From Octopus bimaculoides (Eukaryota), in the NCBI RefSeq assembly GCF_001194135.2, contig NC_068998.1, forward strand, positions 17,900,631-17,964,630: 64,000 nt of DNA, written 5' to 3'. Position 1 is the first letter of the stretch, and every line of letters starts with the position of its first letter. The notes under the pieces were generated by a model. The model saw only the letters and a program-made list of their open reading frames with translations. It was not told the DNA's origin and did not search any database. Positions 28,801 to 43,700 of the stretch are shown one piece after another. The translations under genes were made by a program, and so were the position numbers.

Positions 28801-30919
28801 TTACCATTCAAAGAATTTTGCAAACTTCGAAATAAATGGTAATCTGATGGTGCAAGGTCAGGGCTATATGGTGGATGTGACATCACTTCCCAACCAAGCT
28901 CCAATGATTTTTCGTGAGTTAGCAAAGATGTGTGTGGTCTAGCGTTGTCATGGTGGAACATGATTCTTTCATGATTTGCCAATTCTGGCCATTTTTCTTT
29001 GATTGCTTCCTCCACTTTCAGCTCAAAATACACAACACATTTGTAATCCAACAAAATTGACAGCATGATCTTTTTTTGATGCAATTCAGCTTTTGATGAG
29101 GTTTGTGCTGGTTCATTATGCTTGGACCATGATCGTTTTTGATTGATGTTATCATAGACAATCCATTTTTCATCACCAGTGATGATTCGTTTCAAAAACA
29201 AAAGGTAGATTTCATTGTGTTTGAAATACATATCATAAATATTGATTTGTTGTGTTAAGTGAATCTCTTTCAATTTATGTGGAACCCAAATATCGAGCTT
29301 CTTAAGTTCAAGACATTTTAAGTGATTTTCAGTTGTTGTGTGTGATACATTTAACCTCTCTGCAATCTCTCCCACAGTTATATGATAATCAGATTCAATT
29401 ATGGCTTTGATTTGGTCATCATCAACTTCAGTAGGTCGACCAGAATGTTGGTCATCTTCGAATGAAAAATCTCCAGAACAGAATTTTAAAAATCATTTCG
29501 GACATGTGCGTTCTGTTAAGCAATCTTTGTGATGCTCAACAGCTTTCTTGCCTTTATGGAAATAAAAAAGCAAAATATGGTCAAAATGTTCATTTTTGCA
29601 CTCCATGTTAAAATTGACACTGAACTAACAGCTGTAAACAAAATTACTTGCAATTTGCTTCTAAAGTAAGCTAAAAATAACGCCTGTGAAATGTCAAAAG
29701 GAAAAAAATCATAATATTGACAAAAGTCATTCAAAAAAATCATAACTCTATTTATGAAAAACAAAATTACTTTCTTGCCTGGAATTTCCTCTCTATCATA
29801 TTCCCCAATAAATTCAGCTATGAGAACTAGATCATCAGCATATACAAGCTTCCATGGATAGCCAATCTCAAACTCCTCTATGATGACTTGTAGGGCTATG
29901 ATAAATAGGAGAAGACTGAGGTCTGAGCTTTAATGGACTCCAACCCTCATGTTAAATTCATCACTGAAGTTGTTGTTGACTTTCACTTTATACACTACAT
30001 CTTTGTATGTGGCTTGTACAGCTCTCACAAGCCATTCGTCAATGCCTTGTTTCCTTAGTAACCACCAGGTTATTGTATGTGTACTCTGTCAAATGCCTTC
30101 TCCAAGTCAATGGATGCCAGGAATGTGTTTAGTAATTTCAATCTCTATTTATTTAGCATATCCACTAGTATAAACTATTTCTATAATAGATTCCAGTTAC
30201 TTTTTCTGGACTAAACCTTTTCACTAATTTATTTATTGTTTTCTTTTTAGGACACAATATCCGTGCATCGACCTGGATTTTATTCTGAACGATTTCAAAA
30301 TTTCTTTGCTAATACTGCTTTTAAGAAAACCCAAACTCGTAAGTACCGCTTGGATCAGTAAATGTTTGTTTTTCGCTGGTGTGCCTCGACCTTATGTTGG
30401 AACTGTTGTTTATCTTCTGACAACCCAATTCTGCTTTGGTTGCTGTTGTTTTGCACAGTTCAGCAGCTTCACTGCCCTCCACCAATGCAGCACTTCCAAT
30501 CATACCTCACTACAACTGACCAATTTACTTAACAAAAAAAAAAAAAAAAAAAAAAGAGAAAGGAAAGAAAAAAGCAAAAAAAAAAACAAAACAAAAAACA
30601 AAACAGGAAACAAGTGGAACAGAAATTTTTATTTTTATAATCATTGACTTTTATACTGTAAATAACAATGTCACACCTTTGTGACCTTTGCTATTGTCAT
30701 CCATTTACCATTTTTGCAGATCAGAATCTGAAGGTTTTCATAATGATCTCGAACGATCTACAATTTTTCTACTGAGTAGAGGAAAGATAAAAACAAAACA
30801 AAACTCTAAATAGAAAGCTTCATGTGGCTGCATTTTTTTCTTATTTTCTCCCTAATCACAGTGAGTTATACAAACTATAAAAAGCAATTTGAATCTCATT
30901 CCATATTTTTTTAGAACTT

Positions 30920-30955
<36 letters not shown>

Positions 30956-31177
30956 GATTCTTTTACCTCACAATAATCTAGGTTTTTAACATTTTTAGAA
31001 TTTTAATTTTTTTAAAAATCATCTCTATCAACTTGAAAATCTGATAGAATTTTGTGAACTCTTAAGCATTTACTAATTTTCAAGGCAATTTGTTCTTGCT
31101 CTACAAAACAGAACGAAATGCATTAGTATAATGGTAACACATCTGCAGCTTTTTATTTATGTTTCTACATACATATA

Positions 31178-31239
<62 letters not shown>

Positions 31240-33584
31240 GTCTGTTTTAATATTTTAATTGATTAACATTAGCTATGTTGATATAATTAAGATATTAAGA
31301 TGTTTTATGTTTAGAGAAGGCCAGATCAGTTCTGTTATGTACACTTTCTAGCATTATCATCAAGTGAAGCTAATCTGTTATAATCTCATTATTCTACTTA
31401 TTAATTCACATGAGTCTCAGCTTCACTTTGCACTCATTTTATGTACCATCAATGACTTATTCAGACATTTAACATTAATTTATGATCCCTTTCTCCCCAC
31501 ACTTACACTTGTATATCTATAAAACATGAAACACAAAACAAAATGAAAAAAATCTGTCTGCAACCAAGTTTAGTGGTGAACACTGAACTCCTAGGTTATT
31601 TTAGACTATTTAATCAATTTATGTTCAATGATGTAATCAAAATGTACTGCTTTGAATATCACTGTTCTGTTGTAAAATGCCTGTTTAAAGACTAGCATAG
31701 ACTTCCATAACAGCTCTTAGTTAAGTCTAAGGAACTACTCTATATCTTATCTTAAATCCACCACTACTCTTAATTTATTAGAAAAAAAATTAATGACCTA
31801 CTAATAACAGGAAATTGCTTAGTACAGGATTATCAAAGTAATGACATTATGAATAAAAGTAAATTTTGTTCAGTGAAATATCAAAAATAAAATAAAATAG
31901 ATCATTCCTCTCCCACTTTTTATAAATTTCCTCTGATCATTAAATAAAACTAATTCATCTCTAAAAATAGATTAAGAAATCAAGTAATAATAAATTTGAG
32001 GACTTGGCCAATAAAACTATTTTGCTATGAGATTTCTCTTATTTTTTTTTTTTTTTGTGTATTTTATATTTGGTTTTTATTGCTGGCTAAAGTGCTTTAC
32101 TCATGGCTTATTAGATGAAACCTTGTTACCGAGATTGTATTATTGTCTTTAAGCTAGGCAGCTTTCTGTTATTGCTTTTCCTTAGGCACCACTGCTGTTT
32201 CGTGATAGCAGTTCCTGCTTGGAAAGATCTCCAGCATTTAAGAAAAAAATTTAAAACTATATTTAGATTTTTAAAAAAAAATTTTCTGGCCTGATAATAT
32301 TTTAGAATATTGTAAATGTAAAGGAAAATGCTTAATTTATTGTTAAATCATTTAAAATTGTTCACCATTTTGTTTTATTGCTCCCTTTCATCCTTTGATT
32401 CAAGGGAGTAACTCCATGAGTTTGAAAATTTATCTGATTTCTTCAAGAAAGTCAGTAAATTTGATCAGAAAAACTCGAGTGTGATGTTATGCCAAGACCC
32501 TAAAGCAGGAGGGTTTCATTCTGTTTGAACGTTTCAAATATTTGAAGCTCATTCATCTATCTCCCAGATTATTCAATTGATGATTTAATTAATGGCTAAA
32601 ATGAAATTTTATAAATTACAATATTATATTTATATTAAAGGTTGGTAGAGATGGCTGAGACAACAGAGTGCCAGAATAATTAGTAACATTTCAACTAATT
32701 AGTTTCTTTTCCCATTGTTCCAAGTTCATTATCTGCCAAAGTCAATTCTAATTTCCTTGGAATTGATAAAATAAAACATCAGTAATATATTGGAGTTGAT
32801 TTAGTTGACGATAATAAGCTGTCTCATAACCTATTGAGCTGATGGGACATAACCTAAAATTTTGTCTTCATGTAAGCTATTTAAAGATTGTGAACTTGGG
32901 AAAGCATATGTTTCTCTGAGATTGTCCCATAACAGGAATTGTATATGTTACAAGCTAACAAACATTTGTTTGGCACTTGGTACTCCTACTTATTATAGCA
33001 ATAAGTTATACGCATGCGCATACCCACATGCACACACACACACACACACACACAGTAATTATGTACAAAGAGACTGGTGTCACAAGGGCTTACGGCTTAG
33101 GTAAAAACACCACACATTAATAGTGCAGTGATGTTGATGGTATACAATCCATTAACCTTTAGCTCAGCAGTTTGATATCCACACGACTTAGCCACCCGTA
33201 ACACTCTGTCAGCTTCAACCCACAATCTCCCTTTATGAAAAATGATGGTCTTGTTTTTTAATGAAAAGGACTCAACATTCATAAATGAAATTTAGACATA
33301 AGACTGTATCAGTCTCTCCTTAAGGTGTCTCTCTTGTTTATATTTCACTTGTTAGAGAAGCTTCATTTGGATGCATTCCACTTTTATGTGTCTAATCTGT
33401 AGATCTCACACACTGATGTAAATGTATTGTTATTTCTGTTGATAAATGTCATGTCTATGTGCATAAATAGACACTTAAAGATATTTATTTTTCATTTATT
33501 ACTTTTGCTTCCCCTCCCTTTCTAGATCACTGCTGTTTGGAACTTTATATGATGTGAAAGTATTGTTCCTTTGTAATTACATAC

Positions 33585-33636
<52 letters not shown>

Positions 33637-34482
33637 TTAGATNNNNNNNNNNAAAGACTATCTTAAGGTTGAAATCATTGTATTTTCATATATATATATA
33701 TATATATATATCTTAAAAAATAGAGCTCAAAATCGATGCATTGAAGATACTTTATTGCAGCAACAATTATAATAGCAGAAACAACAACATATATATACAC
33801 GCGCACACATGCACACAAATTAATCTCCTGTATGCTAACCATTCTTGATATATGAAAATGTCTTCCTTGGTAGTCTATTCCACCTTTTTCCTGAAATGTA
33901 GGCTTATTACATTTAGCAGACGATAATCACTACACTCCATTGTTCTCATATCACTCGAGGAGGCTGACAAAGTGTTTCTTTCTCCACATGCTGTCATGAA
34001 TAAATTATGTTAAAAAAAAATTACAAAAAAAAAAAACAAAACAAAACAAAACAGAAAACTTTAAAACCTAATCTGGAAGTCAAAATTATCTATTTTTTTT
34101 TGTTTTTGTTCTTTTTTTTATTANNNNNNNNNNNNNNNNNNNNNNNNNNNNNNNNNNNNNNNNNNNNNNNNNNNNNNNNNNNNNNNNNNNNNNNNNNNNN
34201 NNNNNNNNNNNNNNNNNNNNNNNNNNNNNNNNNNNNNNNNNNNNNNNNNNNNNNNNNNNNNNNNNNNNNNNNNNNNNNNNNNNNNNNNNNNNNNNNNNNN
34301 NNNNNNNNNNNNNNNNNNNNNNNNNNNNNNNNNNNNNNNNNNNNNNNNNNNNNNNNNNNNNNNNNNNNNNNNNNNNNNNNNNNNNNNNNNNNNNNNNNNN
34401 NNNNNNNNNNNNNNNNNNNNNNNNNNNNNNNNNNNNNNNNNNNNNNNNNNNNNNNNNNNNNNNNNNNNNNNNNNNNNNNNNN

Positions 34483-34526
<44 letters not shown>

Positions 34527-37500
34527 AGAGAATCACAACTGTCTGAGTCATTAGGACGCTGGCCAGTCAAACAAAAAGGTCACTATTTGTATATATTCTG
34601 GCACTACACTGCTTGCGTAGCCAAAACACTTGACTCTCATATGTCGAATTCACTAAATGGTAGTAAGAGGCATCTATAAATGAGAGATGTTTGAAGCTTG
34701 CTATACTAAACTTGAATCCTCCATTGGAAGTAGCTTGGAGCATTAAACAAACTTGCAAAATTGACTTGCTTAAGATATGCTACATGAAAATAGAAGCCTT
34801 CAGTGGTACCCAGACAAACCAATGTGTCAATGGAACATATTATGGTTGGTTGGTTACATTCTGGTTTTATCATTTCCATTGCCATGCTTGCTAGGTTTGG
34901 ACAAAGCGCCAGATGCAAAGATAGTCACTCTATAAATGTGTGGCAATGTTATAATGTGTAGCGTTTTCACATGGACTTGACATCCCTAATTATCAGCTAT
35001 AACATAATTGATGCAGTAAGCTGTTTTATGGTGGCTTAATCTCTTAAAAATAAGTTAGCATCAATAAAATAAATGGAACTATTTCTGACTGAGCCCCAAG
35101 TCAGGCCTGATTGATCAGATACATGAAATTGCATTATATATATATATAAATGTTCGATGTGCCTTCTTTTTTAAAGTTATAGAATAAGATTTGAGACGGA
35201 TTTTGTTTGGTAGATTCTCAAGAGCCTCTCCTGTTGGCTTGATTATTATTATTATTATTATAGTGTATATTGTAGAGTAGTTTTAGCTACTAATTACAGA
35301 ATATTCATAGTAATAGCTTAAAATGTATATGTCTAATTTGTATTATATATTTTATTAGACTGCATCTTTTCTTTTACATCTGTTTTCCTTCTGTCATTGC
35401 ACTCACCTTTCTCCTCATCACATCCCATGTCTGTTACTGCACCTTTTCTACCCATGTTCAGCACTTCATCCCTTCCTTCTTTGTCGCTCTTGTCCACCAT
35501 TATTTTCCATACCTTACTGCACATTCTCTGTTCCAGCATTGTCTCATCTACACCTTCCACTTTTGCTTTTTCTTTTTACTTATTCCTCTATCTCCGCAGC
35601 CATCTTCTTACTCTTTCCATCTCTCTCTTTTTCTTGCTTGTGTATGCAAACAGACCTTTATAGGTTGGGGTTCTTGCTGCTACCAATAGATTTCTTAGTG
35701 TTACACAAGCAGTGTGACATTTCGCAATATACTTACAAGTGTTTAAATGATTTTTTACTAATCAAAATTTTTGTTTTGTTGAGACCCACAAACAACACCA
35801 ACAACAACATCATTATCATCATCATCACCATCATCCTTATTATTCTGTGATTTAATTCTATCATGGTTTGACTAGATTTGTTTGGATTTAATCCATCATT
35901 TCGAAATAGTTATATTTTGACCTCTTTTGAGACTCTGTGTTTGTATATTGGTAGCTACACCTACCTAAGGAGCTCTCTACTTAAGCACATCACTTCTGCC
36001 TTGTCTTTGTTGTTGTTGTTGTCTTAAATTCATTCTTTAAATGCTCCGATGTTAAAAATGATCATCTCTTGTTGCTTTGAATGAGTTCTTGGTAATGGAT
36101 AACAAAATATCCTGATACCTTCTTTCTTTTGCATGAGAAACCCAAATATCTTTCCATTTCTCTTACTAACAAAGCATGTCCTTGTATTAAAAGTATATCC
36201 GATATACTTTGTTCCCATCACCTTGAAGCTTCAGGTTTTCCACTTTATTCCTCTATAAGGTGCTTGCCTGACTAAAAATGTCTTTTAGCTGGAATTTTGC
36301 TGCTTGGTTTGGTTATTTGCTACATGCTTCTTGATTAAAGAATAATATTTCTTTAAAAGAGAAAGTCATATTTGCATGTTTAAGTCATGATGATGATCAT
36401 ATTAAGATACTGGAAACTGGTTATACACAATTATCTGACCAGGCACCTGGACTACAGTTCTGAATCAACTACTGCCAGTGAGTATGTCTTCAATTCTCCT
36501 AGATTTGGTTAATTTAATTGATCAGATTAATTATGGTTCTTTTGGGGTATCATCAGATCTGAGTAGTGTCTTATTTCAAAACCATTCTCTTTTGCACATA
36601 CACACACACACATATATATATATGTATGATGAGAGAATATTTCAGCTGTTTCATAATTTGAAGTGTTTCTTATTTATGGTTCAAAGAAATGGGTCTTTCC
36701 TTGGTGCTAGGAAGTTGGTTATTCAGGTAGTTATTCAGAATATTAGCAATCTCTCTCTCTCTCTTTCTGTCATAAACAGTTGCATTATGCTAGCATTAAT
36801 AATTAAGCCCTCAATTTTTTTTCCACATACACCATTCCCTTTGTACCTCACACCTAACAATTGTCTCATGCTTTTAGTTCTGTGAATTTTCTCTCTGGGA
36901 ATTATTGATTGATTGATTATTTTTTATTTCACATCAACAATAGTAATATGCTGAATATTGTTAACAATAGTAATATCTACTTACTATACTGTTAGCTGTG
37001 GCATAAGGTTCTTTGCTATAAACTATTGTAGGATGTATATCTATAACATGTGTTTTAACTGCTTGGTCAAGAAGTAATTGCATCATTTAGTAATTCTTTA
37101 TTAGCAATATATAATAAGTGATATAGTGACAATTCTTAATGTTTTCATTGTTGTCGTTGTTCCGCAGATTAGCTGTAATCCAAAAGACTTATGATGACGG
37201 CTTTCCAGTAGTGACTATCTTTTTTCAGACAGTGTATCTAGGACCACCATTAGTTAATGTCTTTTCTATTTGTTAAGACAGTATGGTGAGATTTGAGAAA
37301 GCTTTGGCTGTTTTTTGTAGCATATTGGACCAATACTTAGAGGTTCCATTGTTTTTTTTTGTTAATATTTTACTTAGGGCCATTTCATATCATTTATCAT
37401 TACCAAAATCACTGTATTTTCTGTGGTATTTCTAATTTTTTTTACTTAATTTGTATTGAGTTCTTCTTTGTTGTGTTCTGTTTATTTTTCTTCTCTGCAA

Positions 37501-38276
37501 TGCCAGTGCAAATTGTATTATTCCTGTTATTGATGATTTCTCAGCCTTGACTTTTGCCCACTTCATTATACATAATATTCATGTTGTCTGATATTGTAGA
37601 ATCTCCCCCACCCTCTCTCTACTTCTAGGACTTTAATGGGCACAAATAAGTGTTCATATACACATGCCTGTACATACACACACACATACACACATATTTG
37701 TGTACACATGTATGCTCACATGTACAGACACTGTTTGACTCAAATATAATGCCTGATCTTTCATTATTTTTCTTAAGAAAAAATTGCATGACATTATCTC
37801 TGCATAAAATACATGCCAATGTCTTCTCATCATAATCATATTTTTTTCATTATTATTATTATTATTGAGGGTATCGAGCTGGCAGAATTGCTAGCATGCT
37901 GGACAAAAGCTTGGTAGTATTTCACCCGTCGCTGTGTTCTGGGTTCAAATTTCGCTGAGGTCGACTTTGCCTTTCATCCTTTCAGGGTTGATAAAATAAG
38001 TACCAGTTGAACACTGGGGTCACTGTAATTGACTCATCCCCATCTCCCTCAAGCTGCCCTTGTGGCAAAAATTTGAAACCATTATTATTATTGACTCGTT
38101 AGAAATCATTATTATTGTCAGCATCTGTTAGGTATTAGAGTTGACATAATCAGCTCTATTTATTCTACCCACTAAAGTTATGGCCTTATGTCTTATAAGA
38201 AATTATCATCATTATTATTATTATCATAATAGCTTGGATGAACACTGTCCTCCACTTGGTTTTACTCCCAATTTGA

Positions 38277-38317
<41 letters not shown>

Positions 38318-40424
38318 CTGTGAGGGTTAGAGGTNNNNNNNNNNTATATATATATATATATTTCTGTGAGGGTTAGAGGTTGGGAAACCAACCAACTAAG
38401 GGATAGTGCCTATGCGTATCCAATATACTGCTGGTAGTGTACCCAATTATTCATACCCAAATGCTGGTTATTGCGTGGCAATCTCGCAATTGGGTGTTAT
38501 ATATGGGTGGGGGTAAAAAAATGGTTTAACCTTAATTTATGCGGCAAATAAGAAAATGGAGAGGATACAAAATGGCATACATCATCTGGTAGACATTCCA
38601 GTGTGTCTGTTTATTCCAAAGCATTAGGAAGTATTAGAAGAAAACATACATATGTAGTATCTATGTGTTACATACACATGTATTAATATTACAGAAAAGA
38701 GCAAAAGATCAGTTCCTTACAGTCGTTTCTGTTAAGAGGCAACGAAATCCTCCATGCCATCTCCATCTCTTCAATGTTCTGTAGGGATGGGCAGATAAAA
38801 TTTGGATGATGAGTGTGCCTCCAGGATTCTTCAGAGGGTCTAAGTGGTTAGGAGGGCCAATACATGTTAACTGTTTATTATATGTATTGGCCCTCCTAAC
38901 CACTTAGACCCTCTGAAGAAGCCTGGAGGCACACTCATCATCCAAACTTTATCTGCCCATTCCTACAGAATACTGAAGAGATGAAGATGGCATGGAGGAT
39001 TTCGTTGCCTCTTGGCAGAAACAGCTGTAAGGAACTAATCTTTTGCTCTTTTCTGTAATATTAATACATGTGCGTGTAACACATAGTTACTACATGAGTA
39101 TGTTTTCTTCTAATACTTTCTAATGCTTTCGAATAAACAGACACACTGGAATGTCTACCGGTTGATGAATGTCGTTTTGTATCCTTTCCATTCTCTAATT
39201 TGCCATATATATATATATATATATATAAATAAAATTTCATCTTTTTATATGTGCTTATATGTTTTTGATGTTTTGTCCTAGATGACTGCTCTTGGTTTTT
39301 AAAGGAAGGTAAAACTTCCAAAATCTGAAATATGAAAGGGAAATGAAAAAAAGAATGGAGAAATAAGTCTTAAATACTTATAATATAGCTCGAAATATAT
39401 TATGAAATAATTTTAAAATATTTCATCATGTTTAAACTTGACAAAAATGGTGAAATATGAAAGTATTTTCATGGTTCTTATTGCTTTATGTAAGCAATGT
39501 TTCTTTCAACAGTTACACTTACTATAATAGTATTATCATGACAGTGAAAGTTAGACTGGTGGGTCGAAGTGATTAAGAAGTGAATCTAAGTTTAAGATGG
39601 TGACAGGTGAGGATGTGATCACAATGTAGAAAGTGAACTGAGAGTTTTGAGCAAACGTGATATGTAAAATGAATGATAAAAGCAACATTCGTATTAAAAA
39701 TATGAATAAAAACTGGGAATTTAAAGATTTTACTCTCGTTTTAGATTGTTTGAGATTTAATGACATATATAGATATACCTATGATATAATTGTTAGATAG
39801 ATAGTTCCTAGTTTTGATTCATTATGGGTTCTTTTACATCCACTCTTTGTATTTATGTCTTATGACAAACAAATGTGAAAATTTGAAGCTTGTCTATAAT
39901 CACCCCATGGTTTAGCAAACTGAGGCACAAAAGTAAATTGCTAACAATAAGCTTTATGATGTTAAAAGACACAGGAGTTTGATTTTGTTTGCTTGACACT
40001 TATCTTAACAACGAGGTCATCTTTGCGTTTCATTTTCCAGGGGGCTGATGAAATAAGGCACCAGACAAGTACTTCCGATGGTTTCACACACACCTTCCTT
40101 TGAAATTTATGGCCTTGTATCTATTAGAAATCGATTTTAGGGATGAGGATGAAATTTACCAGTGTCATTTCCAGTTATTAAAATCTCCTGGACAAAATAT
40201 TTCCCTCTTGAAGAATGTTGTTCACTTTCAAGCTATAAGCAATGCCAATATTGCATCAGTTATAAAGAGGAGTGCCCCATCCATCTTTATGTTCTGAGTT
40301 CAAATTCTGCTGACGTTGACTTTGTCTTTCATCCTTTTGGGGGTCGACCAGTTAAGCACTGGGGTCGATGTAATTGACTTACCTCATCCTTTGAAATTGC
40401 TGGTCTTGTGCCAAAGTTTGAAAC

Positions 40425-40461
<37 letters not shown>

Positions 40462-40670
40462 GTGGCGAACTGACAGAATTGTTAACACACTGGGCAAAAT
40501 GCTTAGTGGTGTTTCATCCATCTTTATGTTCTGAGTTAAAATTCCATCAGGTTGACTTTACCGTTCATCCTTTGAGGTGGACAAAATAAGTACCAGTTAA
40601 GTTCTGTGGTTGATGTAATTAACTTAACCCCTCCCCCAAAACTTGCTGGTCTTGTGCCAAAATTTGAGAC

Positions 40671-40714
<44 letters not shown>

Positions 40715-43700
40715 GAAAAGTCCTTGTACGATTTGATTATTTGAAATTTAGACAAACTTTTCAAAAATAAAAAAAAAGGTAACATTTTTCATAGATAAAA
40801 GTATTAAAAGAGAAATATAGACAGACTTGTTTTGCTGCTGTTAATCTTCTGGGGTGGAGGAATGTCTGAAAATGTATTTTAACAAGATAAAGGGTATTAT
40901 TCTTATTATTCCCAAGCTGTAACTGAAATTTTCAAGCCTGAACTTCCGACCAATAACATCTTTGCAACAATTCCTATTGTTGATCTCCATCCCCTGAATC
41001 ATTATTTTACGGGAGATGTTTAACCCTTTAACATTTAAACCAGCGAAGTCTAGCCCAAATATGCCAGATCTAACCTCTTGCACCTACCCTAAAATGTCAT
41101 CCTAGAAATAAGCAATTGCACCATTCAAATCTTGAAGCTATAAGATAATGCACAATTTATTCAAAATGATGTCAATAAATAAACATTCCGTTTGACAGTA
41201 ATCTGAATGCTTAAAAGGTTAAATTCTTTTTCATTATTTTCTTTCTGATCTTTAATCTTGGAAATTCATATCTGATTTATGAGATCTAAAGGAGCTGTGA
41301 TGCTTCTTTCAAAATTTACTTGTTTGCTTTGCATTTGTTATATTCTAGACAGTAAAAGGGACATTAATACTTTGTAAGTTTCTTTTTTTCTTGTTCCCCA
41401 AAATAACTGTTTTAAGAATATATAGTGTTTCATTTGTATTTTAAACTGGGCATTATATTTTGAAAAAGCACTGTCTGTGTTTGAATAGCACTGTGTGTAT
41501 GTGTATTCGAATAGCACATTCTGTGTGTGTGTGTGTGTGTGTGTGTAGTGGCTGTCTGAATTATAACAATCTGTGTTTATTTAAGATTATCTCAAGATAT
41601 CAAATGATTAAATTTATTGGTGACAGCTTATTGTAATTTTTCAAAAATAAAAATGCATGTTTTACTTTATTTTATTTTTATATTATTGAACAGGTTTTGA
41701 ATGTTTTAAAACATTTTCAAAAGAAAGTGAGATTAAGTGAAACATTTAAAATATTTTGCACATGTTATCACTAACCTTAACTCTACTGATTTTAATCTAA
41801 CTTTATTGCTATAGAAGTAACTGATTTGTTACTTCAATCTGTAAAATATACTTAAGTAATTGCAATTATAACTACTCGATTTTTAATTGGTATATGCTTC
41901 CATTTATAATGATATCAGCAGATCCTCTGTGCATGCTTTCAAAGAGGTAAAATATTTGTTTTGTCATTGATAACTTGACAACAGTTTCTTTTTCCCTCTT
42001 CTTCTCTTGCTACTTGATTATGCATTTACAAAACAAAAAAAAAAAAAAAAAANNNNNNNNNNNNNNNNNNNNNNNNNNNNNNNNNNNNNNNNNNNNNNNN
42101 NNNNNNNNNNNNNNNNNNNNNNNNNNNNNNNNNNNNNNNNNNNNNNNNNNNNNNNNNNNNNNNNNNNNNNNNNNNNNNNNNNNNNNNNNNNNNNNNNNNN
42201 NNNNNNNNNNNNNNNNNNNNNNNNNNNNNNNNNNNNNNNNNNNNNNNNNNNNNNNNNNNNNNNNNNNNNNNNNNNNNNNNNNNNNNNNNNNNNNNNNNNN
42301 NNNNNNNNNNNNNNNNNNNNNNNNNNNNNNNNNNNNNNNNNNNNNNNNNNNNNNNNNNNNNNNNNNNNNNNNNNNNNNNNNNNNNNNNNNNNNNNNNNNN
42401 NNNNNNNNNNNNNNNNNNNNNNNNNNNNNNNNNNNNNNNNNNNNNNNNNNNNNNNNNNNNNNNNNNNNNNNNNNNNNNNNNNNNNNNNNNNNNNNNNNNN
42501 NNNNNNNNNNNNNNNNNNNNNNNNNNNNNNNNNNNNNNNNNNNNNNNNNNNNNNNNNNNNNNNNNNNNNNNNNNNNNNNNNNNNNNNNNNNNNNNNNNNN
42601 NNNNTATATATATATATATATTTGTATATATATATTTGTATATATATATATTGTACACAATTCAGTAGATTTACTGCTTAACAGCTCTATCACACAAACA
42701 TTAATATGTTAACTTGAAGCAACTAATACCAAATCAAATTAACCTTACTGATGCCTAATCTAGAAACCAACTGTGTAAACATGTTTATATTTAGACAAAA
42801 TAAAGTGTATAGATGTAAAAAAACAAAAATGCAACAAAAAATTAAGTATATGGAAGCAGATAAAATTTGAGTACCCAGTCCTACTTGTTCAGATTCTATC
42901 CATTATATTACCATAATTTTTTTTCATGTTTACCCATTATTCTATATTTATATATATTGCTTTGTTTAATTATAAAATATTTAGTTTAACACCTTTTAGT
43001 ACTTGATGTAAAACTTTGTATTAATATTCTCCATTGCATTGATATTTATGTTGTGGTGGATGGCAAAATTAGTATTGTTGTACAAAATGCTTTCTGTCAT
43101 TTAGTTATACTACTTTATGTTCTGAGTTCAAATCCTACCATGATTAACTTAGCCTTTCATCCTTCTGCGGGTTGATAAAGTACCAGTCAAGGACTTCGGT
43201 CGATGTAATTGACTAACTTCTTTCCTTACCGTAAATTTGGAGCTTATGCTTTTGTTAGAAATAATTATTAGTATTAGAGATCAATTTCACTGATCATCCC
43301 TCATTGGTCAATTAAATAAAGTGCCAGTTAAATATTAGAGTTGATATAATCAGCTGTTTCCCTCCTCTCAAAACTGCTGGCTTTGTGCCTAAAATTGGAA
43401 ACAATTATGTTCTGGGTTCAGTCCTGTTGTGTGGCACCCTGGGCAAGTGTCTTCTACTATAGCCTCAGGTCAACCAAAGACTTGTGCATGGATTTGATAA
43501 ACAGAAACTGAAGGAAGTCCAAATTTTTTGCTCTGTGCCTATTATTAAAAACAGTTATTTTGTGGGGGATTCAGACATGGCTGTGTGGTTAAGATGTTTG
43601 CTTCCCAAATGTAGTTCCACATCTAATCTTACTACCTGATACCTGGGCAAGTGTCTTATACTATAGCCTTGGGCTGACTAATGCCGTGTGAGTGAATTTG

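Noticed and set aside
38280-38385. Direct repeat TATATTTCTGTGAGGGTTAGAGGT on both sides of a 10-N gap
   Set aside because: Most likely an unmerged contig overlap (assembly artefact).
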